A stretch of DNA of 63,642 nucleotides, filler included, from Basidiobolus ranarum (GCA_040143965.1; 43 parts of 43 records of this genome joined end to end with filler, not necessarily neighbours in it); one strand, 5' to 3'. Shown: positions 25,163 to 38,440, numbered from the whole stretch's first letter. Program-made: numbers and translations. The notes: a model not told the origin generated them from the letters alone.

Positions 25163-25790
25163 NNNNNNNNNNNNNNNNNNNNNNNNNNNNNNNNNNNNNN
25201 NNNNNNTTAATTAATTAANNNNNNNNNNNNNNNNNNNNNNNNNNNNNNNNNNNNNNNNNNNNTGTGCAATAGTAATGATATGAGCTTGGAGTGCAAATAA
25301 GTCAACCTGCCAGTGGGTAGCAATGCTACCCCACTACAGCGTTATTGCTTGTCATGGCCTGTATAGCAACTTTGTAGTTTCTACTCATGATTGCATACAA
25401 ATCATTATGGTGTTCTTGCTGCAATTCCCTTGTTATGATGCTTCTAGCAAAATTTTTTACAAAGGGGAGTCAATTGTTGGAAAAGCAGGTATTTGGGAAG
25501 TTGATGATCTTGGCAGTGTTTCTGTTGAACTTTGCTCAACTATTAATTTACTATATAATCAGGGGATTACAGTATCTTTGCATGCACTATAGCTAGAAAG
25601 GAACACATCCCATAGATTGATAAGCTTCATCATTACTTGAGTTAGTTTATGGCATGTTAATGTCTTCAAAAGTGGAGATTGGATTGATAGATTGCTGATT
25701 AGCTAAGTCCTTTGTTCTTGCCAGTTTTTTTCCTCTTTTGCCAGCAGGCATTTGCTTGGAAACAAATTTTGACATGATTTTGAATGCTTT

Positions 25791-26645
25791 CCCTAACAAA
25801 AATAAAATTAATTTCATCCACATTGGATCCACCCTCCAAAATAGCAAAACCATCAGAGAATCATCAAAATATTGGCAGCTTGCATTCTGCCAGGGATTTT
25901 GCTGGTGTGATGGTGGTTTCTTGATGGTATCACAATGGTATTCATACATGTTGAAACATTGATCTTCAAATTTGGCATGCATTATTCAATATCCCACAAT
26001 TTTTGAAAAAACATATTTTTTGAAAGGCAATTTACTGGGTTCACTGCTGCAGGAATTTGATTTCATAATCATGCATTTATTTAGATATTTCAGGCTTTTT
26101 ATTCCAGTCATAATGAGAATCCAAAAAATACAAGAATCTTGTTGTGTTCAGTCTCTACATATGCACATACTTTACTGATTAGACATAACTCAACAACATC
26201 AATATGCTTTACCAGCAAACTAAAAGTGGAAAAATTCCTAAACATCTGAAATTTTGAATAGCACAGACACTTGGCAAATAGCTGACTCTTGTTACCATTC
26301 CCAATGAGAATAAGCTCCTGTATTTTGGCAAATTTCCATACAGAATACAGCCAATATATCCCCAACTTGCAGTGAACAAATGTCCTGCTACAAGCAGATG
26401 TATCATTGCTTGAATAGATTACCGGATGGCTGAAACAATTATACTGCATAACTTGATGTAATACTGACAATTTCACACGGAGCATCATTTCACCGCAGGT
26501 GCGCTCCATTGAGAACTCCCAGAATGTATAGCAAGGGCCTATAATCTCTAAGCATTGTGAAAGATGCAGCAGGGGATATATTGAATACCGGCATATATTC
26601 AGTCTATCTTCTTTAAACCTGTAATAAAGTTTTTCATATCAAATT
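25791..26645 (-). mobile_element. CACTA/CMC right end (terminus at 25791) plus transposase 3' part
   Basis: CCCTAACAAAA at 25791. Homology with the other copies ends exactly here. Confidence 0.8.
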
Positions 26646-26745
26646 NNNNNNNNNNNNNNNNNNNNNNNNNNNNNNNNNNNNNNNNNNNNTTAATTAATTA
26701 ANNNNNNNNNNNNNNNNNNNNNNNNNNNNNNNNNNNNNNNNNNNN

Positions 26746-27500
26746 CTCCTAGCTGATGAACCAACTTGTTGGGCTCTTGCCCTTGTTGGAGTTGTTACCT
26801 CAATTGTAGTGGTGAGCTGTGTAGATTCTTCCTAAGAAATAGATATCTAGTCAGGAGTCTCTTTAATTTAGAGTCATCTAGTACATCTGTGCAATGGTCT
26901 AAACAGCTCCAATTTGCCTTCAGGAATATCTTCTGATTTTATAAATTGTATTGCTTTTCTCTTCACACCTCTGTTGATTACTCTTGCCATAGTGTCCTGA
27001 AATGCTGTCACAAACTCTGAAATCTCCATCAACAGTTGCTGCAAGGTCTCATTGAGTAGTTGTAGATATCTATTTAGATCATCTTTTGTCTCTAAAGTTG
27101 AGGCTGCAATAGTCCCTGCCAGTTGTTACAAGCAAAAACACAATTGGAACTGTTTCTTTACAGACTCAAAATCTAAATTCCTATTTCTCAATTCATGCTT
27201 TCAAACCTCATGAGTCTTATTGTATATTTTCTTGCAGACTTCTGAAGGCATGAAGATCTAGTATTATCTCCAAAGCAGAGTCAAGAGTTGCTCCCCAGCT
27301 TCTGTCAAGTTTATCAATAACTCCCATGTATTCAAGTAAGAATTCATAGTGGATACCTGGGTATCTGCAAAATTATTAGGTGAACACTGGTTTGCACCAC
27401 CCACATCTTCATTTGATTGCTCATGCAAAATTCTGGAAGTGGTGGTTTCCTGTACCAAAGTAGGTTGTGAATCAGGAAGAATCTGTGTTGATATGATATG
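26746..27500 (-). pseudogene. N-terminal part of the unknown multi-copy ORF also seen at 1-1389
   Basis: Single reading frame with stops: NTWELLINLTEAGEQLL...HELRNRNLDFES...RYLQLLNETLQQLL. Confidence 0.55.
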
Positions 27501-27850
27501 TAACCACCATATATATATAAGATGCTAGACTTTATTTGTTTCAGTTAGAATTAGGGATCTTTTTATAATATTGGTTAAAATGTCAAAGTTAATTTGCTAT
27601 AGTGTGATCAAGCAAAATGCATTCTGCTTTGAGCCTTTTTGATCTGTATGCTAAATAAATTATTTGGATCAAACTTCAATTAATGTTGCTAATGCAGTTT
27701 ATTATATAATTTCCATGCAATTACACATAATTGAAATAATTGGGCTAATAATTATAAACAGAAATTTTATTATACAGAATATAGGGAATTTTACCATGAT
27801 GATTAAGATACTTAGATAAATAACTGACACATGCTGGATCTATCAGTATC

Positions 27851-28128
27851 ATGCCAGCTCAATACAAGATTAATATCACACTCTCCATCACCCCTAAATG
27901 GTCATTCCTCATTAATCTAAAAGCAACTACTGGCTTTCCTATCATCACCCTAGATGCAATATTTGAGAAATACTGTGGCTCATATACTCCAATACCTACC
28001 AGAGAGCAGCTAGTTAATTTGTTTGGTTAGTACAAAAACTATTGTTCAATCAGATTATAGTTCACTATATATGGTCGCAAAAGTGGGATAAGCTTTCATA
28101 CCAGGCTTCAAGTAAGTGAGAATTATCT
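27851..28128 (+). mobile_element. N-terminus of an IS5/ISL2EU-Harbinger-type transposase
   Basis: 28021-28128 is homologous to 59421-59530, which continues into the DDE core. Confidence 0.7.
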
Positions 28129-28228
28129 NNNNNNNNNNNNNNNNNNNNNNNNNNNNNNNNNNNNNNNNNNNNTTAATTAATTAANNNNNNNNNNNNNNNN
28201 NNNNNNNNNNNNNNNNNNNNNNNNNNNN

Positions 28229-29610
28229 TATAAACAAAGCTAACTGAACCTTTTGGTTTAATGTGTGTCTCAACAAATATAGGATCTCAACACTTCTCAG
28301 GGTTTCTTAGCAAATTCAATATTCCCCCTCATTTCTATCCAAGCCTAGTATCCACTAGTACCTACAGAATACCAAACCTAGCTGCCTAGCAAGCCTACTC
28401 TCTACTGTAACATAGCAACCCACTGCTATTCCCAAGAGATATATCAGTTAGATCTGCTCTGCTAATATATCCTGCTTAAATAATTTTAAGATTCTGCACT
28501 TAAACGTTTCTTTGGTTCAGTAAAGTTTGAGACTTTTGATCCACTTTTCTCTTGGACACAACAGTCCCAAAGTCCTTTTTCTTGCAGCAGCATTTTCATT
28601 TCCAGAAGAGGGAAAAGTTTTGTAAATTTGAGAAATAGACATTATAGAGAGTGCAAGCTTGGGGCTCATAATCTATCAGACTATTTGGGAGCCTGTTGGA
28701 GATGGTTTGGAGGATTAGAGAAATTGGTGGCTTTCACTTGTTGATTTATGTAGTAGGAACATAACATTGGTAGTTTTGTCCAGATGTAAACAAACTAACA
28801 TGTGGAATATGCTAAGGAAGGTCCCAGAAGCATGTGTGCAAAGTTTGGGGCTTCTAGCAGAAGTTTCAAAATCTATATATCTGAGAACTTCTGAGTTTGT
28901 AAAAATATTCTGAGTAAATTTCTCATGAGAATGATGGATAATATCTTAGTGAAATTTAAGATAACTAAGTACTAAGCTATATATTGTTGAAGTTAGCATT
29001 GCCTTAACACCTATATAGTCATATATAGCTTAGTACTTAGTTAACTTATAGTTCACCAAGATATTATCAATTATTATCAATGTGATTTTACTTGAAATAT
29101 TTTTACCAACTTAGAATTTCTGAGAAATATAGATTTTTCAAGCTTGTGCTAGAAGCCCCAAGCTTTGCACACATGTTCCTGGGACCTTCCTAAACACATT
29201 CTACGTGTTAGTTTGCTTACGTCTTGACAAAACTATAAATGTCAACTTTCTATTCAATAAACTGATAAGTGAAAACCACCAATTCCTCTAATTCTCCAAA
29301 CCACTTCCAACAGGCTCCCAAGTACTTTAGCATATAGGACTATATAGATGTTTAGGTAATGCTAATTTCAACAGTTGTTGCCATTTGGCTGAATAGAACC
29401 AATTTTGATGCATATATGTTATCATTTGGCATACAAAACAAAAGTATTGTACACTACTTAACATTAGTCAAGCACTTTAGCAGAAGATATTACAATAGGA
29501 GTGTTGGATAATTAATCTTTATTCAACATCATAGTTAACTTTAGTTATGATACATATATCAGAAACAGAAAGCAATGTATCTATAGCCCCTATATTCTAA
29601 ATAGGAATAT
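28229..29610. mobile_element. LTR nest: LTR3 end, inverted LTR2 with PBS, solo LTR2 (28985-29332) inside it, LTR4 start (about 29502)
   Basis: TGTTG...TTTAGCA solo LTR with near-TSD TATAT/TATAG. PBS-like GATTATGAGCCCC on the minus strand near 28661-28673. Confidence 0.85.
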
Positions 29611-29710
29611 NNNNNNNNNNNNNNNNNNNNNNNNNNNNNNNNNNNNNNNNNNNNTTAATTAATTAANNNNNNNNNNNNNNNNNNNNNNNNNNNNNNNNNN
29701 NNNNNNNNNN

Positions 29711-30505
29711 TGCAATATGAGTAACCATGCTTTCAGACTTTTCCATCTTTATATTGAAGAATTTTCATCTGAGAAAGAGTCTATTAGCAAGACTCTTTGC
29801 TTCATAACACTCTTCCAATATAGTCCAAGCTTGATGGGAAGTCTTTGCATATTGAATATTCACAAGTTGTGAATCCTTCAAACTTTGACAAATGACATTA
29901 AAGGCCTCCTTGTCTCTTTTCTTGTAAGTTTCCAGTAAAGAAGGGTTGAAAGGTTCCTTGTCATTTCCAGAGACTACATCCCAAAACTCCCTTTCTTCCA
30001 GCATGATTTACATCTTGAACTTCTAGAAATTGTAATTTTCTCCATCAAGTTTTTCAACATTTGAGTTAATAAAAGTGGTAGTATTGGTTTCTGTCATGCT
30101 GTAAAGGTTAGAACACAGGGCTCATAACCTATTGGGAAAATATGGGCTGTTAGGAGGAACTTTAGAAAAGTGGAGTTGTGAATAGCTTGGTGAGATAATT
30201 ATTTATTGTCCAGAAATAAAGCATTTATACATTTTAGTGGAACTACAAAAAACTAACACTGGGGTTGTGTTCAGAACATCTGTGGGAGTAAAATGAGCTA
30301 TCTTTCGGGCAATTTGGATGAGTTTGAAATATCCAATATGGAATTGCTAATTCTAACACTACTCACATATATATAATATATGTTTCAATTTTCAGTTAAG
30401 TGATATTTGCTTACATAATGTTAACTGATTTATATGTGATATATGAAATAGTTAGGTGTATAAAGACAGAGATAACAAATATGGTAAAGACCATAAACTT
30501 CAACA
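29711..30505 (-). mobile_element. Copia 5' LTR1 (30130-30505), PBS (30118-30129) and gag N-terminus
   Basis: LTR end CCCAATA followed by GGTTATGAGCCC, then MTETNTTTFINSNVEKLDGENYNF*KFKM*IMLEEREFWDVV. Confidence 0.92.
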
Positions 30506-31092
30506 GTAAGTTGCAATATTTAGTGGACTGAAAGGTATACTCAACAAATGACCAATCATGGGAGCCAGCAACAAATCTTTCCAATTCTAAGGAACTTTGC
30601 CCGGAGTTTCATGAAGCCTACCCAGAAAAACCTGACCCTATGATGTCTGGAAGCCATCACTAAAGAAGGGGATACTGTCATGATTCTGATCTTGGCATAC
30701 TGATCGACTGCAAATAGAACTCTTCAATTATTAGATTATGACATTTTATCTGCTGTGCCTTCCCTTCTCAGCAAGCCTGTGTTAGTTTATCTAGATTACC
30801 TTATATGGAGGTCATGTTCATTGGAATATTTCATATAACCTAACCAATCATGTCATCCCACACATAGTGTATTTCTGCCAAGACCTTCCATGGAAGGTCA
30901 CCTGATCATCCTTATGTCATCCCTCTCTGTATTGGTCCTTGTAGTCTGCAACACCCAAACACTTGAACTTGCCACAGTATATTCCCTATTCAGTATATTA
31001 TGTTTCACCTTGCAATATCTATACAACCCCCATGTATTCCTTGATCAGACCTCATTCTGATCAACACCAGTTATCAATAAAGATTCTTGCCT
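30506..31092 (+). mobile_element. Gypsy chromodomain end, PPT and 3' LTR (from 30676)
   Basis: KLQYLVD*K.YSTNDQSWEPATNL..EFHEAYPEKP, PPT AAAGAAGGGGA, LTR start TGTCATG. Confidence 0.85.
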
Positions 31093-31302
31093 NNNNNNNN
31101 NNNNNNNNNNNNNNNNNNNNNNNNNNNNNNNNNNNNTTAATTAATTAANNNNNNNNNNNNNNNNNNNNNNNNNNNNNNNNNNNNNNNNNNNNAAATGAAC
31201 TCGGAGACGCCAGCACATGCCCTGGGAAGAGTTTTCTTTTCTTTTTAACAGCTTATCACCCTGAAATCAGATTAACTGGAGCTAGGGTTCAATAGCTGGT
31301 AG

Positions 31303-31535
31303 ATAAGGTTCCTCAAGCCTCATACCAGATTATCGTGAAGGCCACGAATTTGAACAAAATTCGTCGTGCTATCTTCAATCTTTATGTCAAACAAGGTGGT
31401 GAACCCAGTCAATTTAACCCAGATAACTTTTATCCACATGTTACACTTGGTTTCATCAATCGTGACTTATTCGAGCAGGATGGAATCTCTAAGGGTACTA
31501 ACGCTTGTTGGGCTAAATTGAGGTTGACCCGCTAA
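31303..31535 (+). CDS. 2H phosphoesterase superfamily protein, last exon
   Basis: FYPHVTLGF (second HxT motif). CpG retained. Confidence 0.65.
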
Positions 31536-32674
31536 GGAGATTATAACTTACCATCTCAAGTATGAAGATACCCATAGTTCACCTAGATTTGCTGCATAAA
31601 ATCACCCGAACTACCTTTTGAAGAATTTTGACTTAAGCATTATTGATAATAAAGTTTATGGATTTCAGATTTATCTGACAAAATATGCCTTCTCTCTAAT
31701 CCAGAATCATGATAAGGATAGGAGTCTCCAAACATAAGTCATAGAAGCTTCTTTTCTTGGAAATTGGAAACTGAAAATCGTTCCTGAAGGTAAGACAGTG
31801 TACATGTTTAAATAGGCTTAATATCACTAAATCAAGTAGATATTTAGGTCTATTGTACCTAGATGTATAGCATTTGGCATAAAAGTACTATATATCTTTG
31901 AATTTGGCATAGATTTGAAGGTGTTGGTGGACCATAGAATGTGCTCGAATCGTGCTAAATTATTTAAATATAAGCATTTAATTGAATACAGCAACTGGCT
32001 ACTACCTGCAGACATGCAAACAATATACACTGGAGAAGACATGTGTATCAGTAGTAAAAAGGCTTGTATATGATAACTTACACTTTGCAAGTCGATATTT
32101 ATATGTATCCTTTGCAGATCGTGAGGAGCCAAAGACATAAGATGCAACGCACTAGGCACGACCTACCCCGGAGATTCTGTAGTAGTGGCCAATACTCATA
32201 GACTAAAGCTCTACTGCCAATCCATTGCCCCTGCATCCTAATAATGGGTAAATCAAAATGTGGAGAGCCTAGCACTGACTAAAAGAGACCAAATACAACT
32301 TTTCTTGAGTTTTGGATAGGTATCACTTTTCTTTTCACGTATATTTGTAACCATATATCTTGTTATGTTTGAGTCTTTGTTCAAGTTCTATGCCTTTAAG
32401 ATAACGCTTCACTTGATGTCCGCAACGTTGGCTATCAATGCACAAGGAGAGATCCAAGAATCGACGTGCTCTGAACTGGATTGCGAACTTGACCGTAGGA
32501 TATGGTGGTAATTCTTATAGACCAGGAAAGAGCACTCATCAATCCTCTTTACATTTAACATCTAGATCCCTCAGNNNNNNNNNNNNNNNNNNNNNNNNNN
32601 NNNNNNNNNNNNNNNNNNTTAATTAATTAANNNNNNNNNNNNNNNNNNNNNNNNNNNNNNNNNNNNNNNNNNNN

Positions 32675-34056
32675 AATGTGACATTAATAGAAGAACATCA
32701 AGACCATCAAAGATCAAGCAACTTGTCACATGGCCAACACCCTGCAACTTAATCTAAGCAAGAGGAAGTGTGGCTAATTGTGGATTCTTTAGCATATGTA
32801 ATCCTAATTTGTCTGAAATGGCAGAACCCATCAACTAGCTACAGAGAAAGATTGTGAAGTTTGAATGGGGACTTAATCAAGAGGATGCTTAGGAGAAGCT
32901 GAAGCAAGCACTAACATCATATCCTATCCTTAAACTACTATACTATGCATAAGCCACAAGACCACCAAGAATCATAGTTAATTCAAGCTCTGCTAGAGCA
33001 GTTGCACAGGCAACCAATATGCCGGCAGATATTCCCTGATAAAGAGAGAGCTACTTGGAGCTGAAATGTTGATCAAGAAACTCAAGGCCCAACTATATAT
33101 GACTCTCTTCATACTTGAAACAGATAAAAGACTACTTATTGGGATGACCACAAGTCAGATCTACCAGATAATGTCACCCATCAATGAATGGCTTGGCTCA
33201 ATATGTTTGAGTTAGAAGAATTGAACATACAAGGAAAAACAAATGTTGTTGTTGATGGACTATCAAGAATAGGTCCAAGACCTTGTGAAATACACTCTGA
33301 TGACTCCCTTGATACTGACATACACCAAGCTTCAATCATAACCCCTATACCTGAAGAATGGAGAGATATTTTGCCTTATTTGACTACATTACAGAGACCT
33401 TACCCCTTGCGTTCCCAGCAGTTCAGAAACCTTTTGAGAAAAGCCCATGACTTTTTTGTAATGGATAGATCACTTTTCAAATAGGCCAAGGCAGAAGAAG
33501 TACCAAGGAGAGTCATCTTTGACTCTGAAGAACAGCAGAGAATCTTGAAAGAGATTTATGAAGGAGAGCCATGAGAACACCATGGCAGAGAGGCTACATT
33601 CAAGAGCTCAACACTAAGGTATTATTAGACAGATCAATATTAGGATATCAAGGCAAAAACATTTTGGTTGTTCATCTTAGAAGACATTATTTGTCAACAA
33701 GTACTATAGATCAATTCTCTGCTGACCAAGGAGAGTTGAGGTCACTGCTGATCCAGGACCTCTGCCTGAAGTGTCACATACATATTGCACACACTGCAGC
33801 TTAGTTTTCACAAGCAAATGGGATGATTCAGAGAGGACATGGACCCTTGGTCAATGGTGAAGTGCTGTCAAGGCAAATTGCAACTTTGGCCACAAAAGTT
33901 GTACTTAGCACTATGGGCTAACAGGACCACTAGAGAGAAAACAAGCAGAATATTACCATACAAACTGATATATGGATGAGAATGCATACTTCCCATTGAA
34001 ATTGAAGCTACAACTTGGAATGCAATGAACTGGAAGACTAACATGACCACTAAAGA
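32675..34056 (+). mobile_element. Decayed Ty3/Gypsy pol (RT end, RNase H, integrase)
   Basis: FEWGLNQEDA, GKTNVVVDGLSR, HxxHxG zinc-finger region, PQANGMIQR, PYKLIYG. Confidence 0.75.
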
Positions 34057-34156
34057 NNNNNNNNNNNNNNNNNNNNNNNNNNNNNNNNNNNNNNNNNNNN
34101 TTAATTAATTAANNNNNNNNNNNNNNNNNNNNNNNNNNNNNNNNNNNNNNNNNNNN

Positions 34157-35538
34157 AATCAAAAAATACAAGAATCTTGTTGTGTTTAGTCTCTACATAA
34201 GCACATATTTGACTGATTAGACACAACTCAACAACATCAATATGCTTTACCAGCAAACTAATGGTGGGAAAATTGCTAAACATATGAAATTTTGAATTGC
34301 ACTGACACTTGGCAAATAGCTGACTCTTGCTACCATTCACAATGAGAATAAGCTCTTGGATTTTGGCAAATTTCCGTAAAGAATTCTGCCAATATATCCC
34401 CAACTTGCAGTCAACAAATATCCTGCCACAAGTAGATATGTTGTTGCTTGAACAGATTACCCCATGGCTAAAACAATAATACTGCATATCTCCATCTATT
34501 TCACCAAGAAGTCTGTCTTGCAGCTTTCCTAAAAATAGCATCAGATTATCACACAAGCAAATTAGTCCGATTATCAAGGTACTTACTCTGTGTCCACAGA
34601 TTGGGCTTTGTTGCTGTAATTGTGCTGAAACAATGCAAAAACCCATAAGCACATTGTAAAGAGCCTTTTGTTGCCAGGTTACTATACTCTGGAGTCTCCT
34701 TAGCCCATCACATTACATCCATCACTGATTTTACTGATACATTGTTAATCAGATTAGCATATGGTGATACTGACAATTTCACACGGAGCATCATTTCACC
34801 ACAGGTGTGCTCCATTGGGAACACCCAGAATGTAAAGCAAGGGCCTATATTCTCTAAGTATTGTGAAAGATGCAGCAGAGAATGTATTGAATACCAGCAT
34901 AGATTCAGTCTATCTTCTTTAAATCTGTGATAAAGTTTTTCATATCCAATGACAAAATCTTTGCACAGTTGCTGTATCTGCCTGAGATCTGCCAATGTGA
35001 GTTGATGCTGTAAGAATATATTAACATTATTGACAAACAACACCCAATGTTGCCAATACTTATCAGGCAGAAATCTTTCAAAATTCCACTTGAATATACA
35101 CAAATCCAATACTTGCAATCTTTGCATTTGAATAAGCACCTAAATGAGTGGATATTGATGGGAGTCCTGGTAAAATATGATGGTATCTTGATGTTTTCAA
35201 GCATTTTCCCAATTGATTCAAACTTTGAACCTATCTCTGATGGCTCATTTGTATTGAATTTTCCACTATATAGCTGAGTAAGTAGTATTGGAATGTTGTT
35301 GAATATTAAGTGCATGGTGCCTAATGGGAAGCTCTGGCTCCAGCTGATCCCCTTTAGCAGTTTAATCTTAGGCTTACAGTTAAGACCAAGTTTGATGTTA
35401 GACTGACTATTTGGTGAATTGATATTAGTGATCATGTTGAAATCTGACCAGGCTCTTGATGGCAAAATCAAGGAATTTAGTCTTCAATTTGGATAGTAGT
35501 AATGCATATGCCTGTTAGAGTAAACTCCATTGATTTGA
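34157..35538 (-). mobile_element. CACTA/CMC transposase, best-preserved copy (DUF4218-like region, intron at 34529-34586)
   Basis: PLGTMHLIFNNI, FKCKDCKYW, HSLLHLSQYLENIGPCFTFWVFPMEHTCG. Confidence 0.88.
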
Positions 35539-35638
35539 NNNNNNNNNNNNNNNNNNNNNNNNNNNNNNNNNNNNNNNNNNNNTTAATTAATTAANNNNNN
35601 NNNNNNNNNNNNNNNNNNNNNNNNNNNNNNNNNNNNNN

Positions 35639-36120
35639 CTGGAGATGACTCCAAGGTTGAGTACCTATTGAAAGAGTTAAAATTCGACGCCGCATTCAAC
35701 TACAAGAAGGTTGACTTGGATCAAGCTCTATCTGAGACATGCCCCAATGGTATTGATGTGTACTTTGAGAATGTTGGTGGTAAGATGCTGGATACAGTGT
35801 TGAAGCATTGCAATGACTTTGCTCGTATCCCTGTGTGTGGTCTGATCTCACAGTACAACCGTTCATCCGATCCCGAACCAATTTACAACATTGCCTTGGT
35901 GTTGAGCAAGAGAATCAGATTCCAAGGATTTATTGTTAGTGATATTGCTGCCGAATTTGCCGCACAATTTGCCAAAGATATTCCTACCTGGTTAAAGGAA
36001 GGTAAGATGGTATATAAAGAAGATCAGATTGAGGGTATTGAGAACGCACCTGTAGCTTTACTCCGTATCCTTCGAGGTGAAAACTTTGGTAAACAAGTAG
36101 TTAAACTTGCAGATCTTTAG
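35639..36120 (+). CDS. Zinc-independent MDR NADP-dependent alkenal/prostaglandin reductase-like protein, C-terminal part
   Basis: FDAAFNYK, CPNGIDVYFENVGG, RIPVCGLISQYN, GENFGKQVVKL. Confidence 0.93.
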
Positions 36121-36737
36121 ATTTGTTTATAAAACCGCGAATCAAGAGAAACATCAGTATTATTTCTCTACATGTAAACAATCAAATCGTACATAAATAA
36201 ATATTATTGATATCATATCAGCTTAACAGATAAATTCTTATGATAGTTACGAATAGCATAATTGGTTAGACTATATTCGTAACTCTGAGTTATTCGAGTA
36301 GTTTCTCATATAAGTTTTCACAGCATAGTTGTTAGCCTATATAACTTGGAAGCAAATAATCTGTTATTGAAAGCCACTATAAAACCCAAATCACATATAG
36401 AAAACAGTGTCACTATGAATAGCCGAATTGGTGGTGTTACAAACAGTCTTTCGTAACATGATTTGTTCATTAATTTCCGATCTAACATGGAAGCTATCCG
36501 AGTTGCCGAATTGCCGGTTAGATTCGTGTGAATGGTGAATTGAATCTGATTGGCTAAAACCCCAGCTATAAACGGATACGCTTAAAAAAATATCGCTGAA
36601 AAGTCACGAAATCAAGTTTACGTAATACAAGAAATGCTGACTAATCATATAGAAGGTTTCAAAGTAAATTCCAAACTATAAAAAGGTTGACTTTTTTCTC
36701 TGAACTTTATATCATCCACAAGTAAATATTCTGCAAT

Positions 36738-37019
36738 ATGGCTTCCAAAAACACTCAAGTTATCTTCAAACAAGTTCCTGAAGGTATGCCTGTTGTAGGC
36801 AAAGACATCGAGTTGGTCACCAAAGATTTCGATGTTAACTCAGTCACTCTCAATGCCAATGACGTTCTCCTTCGCAACTTGTATATGTCAGTTGACCCAT
36901 ATATGCGTGGTAGAATGCGTCCTGCCGGAACCAAGTCTTACGCTCCTGCTTTCACCCTAGGTGAGGTTATGCAAGCCGGTGGTGTCAGTGAAGTGATCAA
37001 ATCCAAGAACCCTGAATAC
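36738..37019 (+). CDS. Second MDR alkenal reductase-like gene, N-terminal part
   Basis: PEGMP, VLLRNLYMSVDPYMRGRM, SYAPAFTLGEVM. TATAAAA box near 36678. Confidence 0.93.
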
Positions 37020-37120
37020 NNNNNNNNNNNNNNNNNNNNNNNNNNNNNNNNNNNNNNNNNNNNTTAATTAATTAANNNNNNNNNNNNNNNNNNNNNNNNN
37101 NNNNNNNNNNNNNNNNNNNG

Positions 37121-37285
37121 ATCAACTCCATTAGCTGGGGATTGTATATCATCTTTGGAGCATGCGGTGTCCTTATGTTCATCTTTGTGTACTTCTTTGT
37201 GCCTGAGACTAAAGGAAAGAGTTTGGAACAAATTGACCACATGTTTGGAGGTCGTAGTAATATTGAAGAGAAAACCAAAGTTTAG
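37121..37285 (+). CDS. MFS sugar porter, C-terminus
   Basis: WGLYIIFGACGVLMFIFVYFFVPETKGKSLEQIDHMF. Confidence 0.9.
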   Translation: MNSISWGLYIIFGACGVLMFIFVYFFVPETKGKSLEQIDHMFGGRSNIEEKTKV

Positions 37286-38440
37286 ATTGATTAGACTATG
37301 AGTGAAGTTTCTGCAATCACAATCCTTGTAACTAGAAATGTATATATCCCCATTCTTTTTAATATTAATAAATCGTATCTTATCAAAGTATGAACTCTGC
37401 TACCTTATTTTTACTCGCAAATAGGGTTATTTATTAGATAGAGCTCATTAAATATTGAGTACTTGATTAAAAACCTCGGTGAGTGATATACGTTCTTATA
37501 GTATCCGCCATGGTGTGGCATGACCGTTTAGGTAAAAGAATTTGATTTAACTACCTGAAATTGAACGTACTAATATTGTTGTTTGAATCCCCGATCAACA
37601 TAGATCTTTAGCAGAGGTCCCAGTCACAACTCCTGTTAAAGATCAATTTGGACCAAATATAATGCAATTTAGACCATAAAACTCCAATCAAAGGTAGTAC
37701 AATTATTACTCGAAATATGAGAATAGAACTCTATCAATCAAAATACGACTAACGTCACTATTGTATAAAAATACGGTCTATAACAAACTGAGCAATCATC
37801 TCAACTTACTCGGTATATCCAATATCTGTTTATACAGTACTTAGGTATTAATAAGTAACTGTTGCCAGTCATGTAGCTAAGATGAAGTTTCACCTAGCTG
37901 TGATCCAAAAATCAGCGGAGTACCTTTAGTTCACGTGAGAATTCAACCCAATCGACAGATTTACATTATTAGGATATCCAATTATTTACTTGGAATTTTA
38001 AGGCCTTCTATTTGAACGATCCTGCAGGGAAGATAGAATCTATTTGGATTGAGTTCAAGTTGATATTCTTCTTTTGATCTGGTGAATTTCCTTTTTAATT
38101 ATAAACGAATATTCGAAGCCATATAAATAACTTGATTCTAGACTACCAATAAATTTGTAAGCTTTCTAATCTTTCATTCAATTAAAATCTTACTTTTACC
38201 TGTCTTCTTGACTATCCGCACAAATGGAATGATGCCTACTAGTAGGGTACCAAGGTTTCAGAAAATGTTGATGGATTAGCGTAGACTTACCAAACTGGGA
38301 AGATAGTCTGAGGGGGAATTGTCCACATTCCATAAACAAAGTTAAACCTTAAGCCACCATCTAGCCTTTTGCACGGCACGCTATATAATGCCAAGGTAAG
38401 TCTCTACAGAAGATCATAAAACATTTACAATTATCATACT

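Noticed and set aside
25647-25982. Recurrent ORF MHAKFEDQ...YEYH...KKPPSHHQNPWQNAS as a novel gene
   Set aside because: It lies in the CMC subterminal arm and reads through the terminus into a different flank in each copy. The recurrence reflects DNA repetition.
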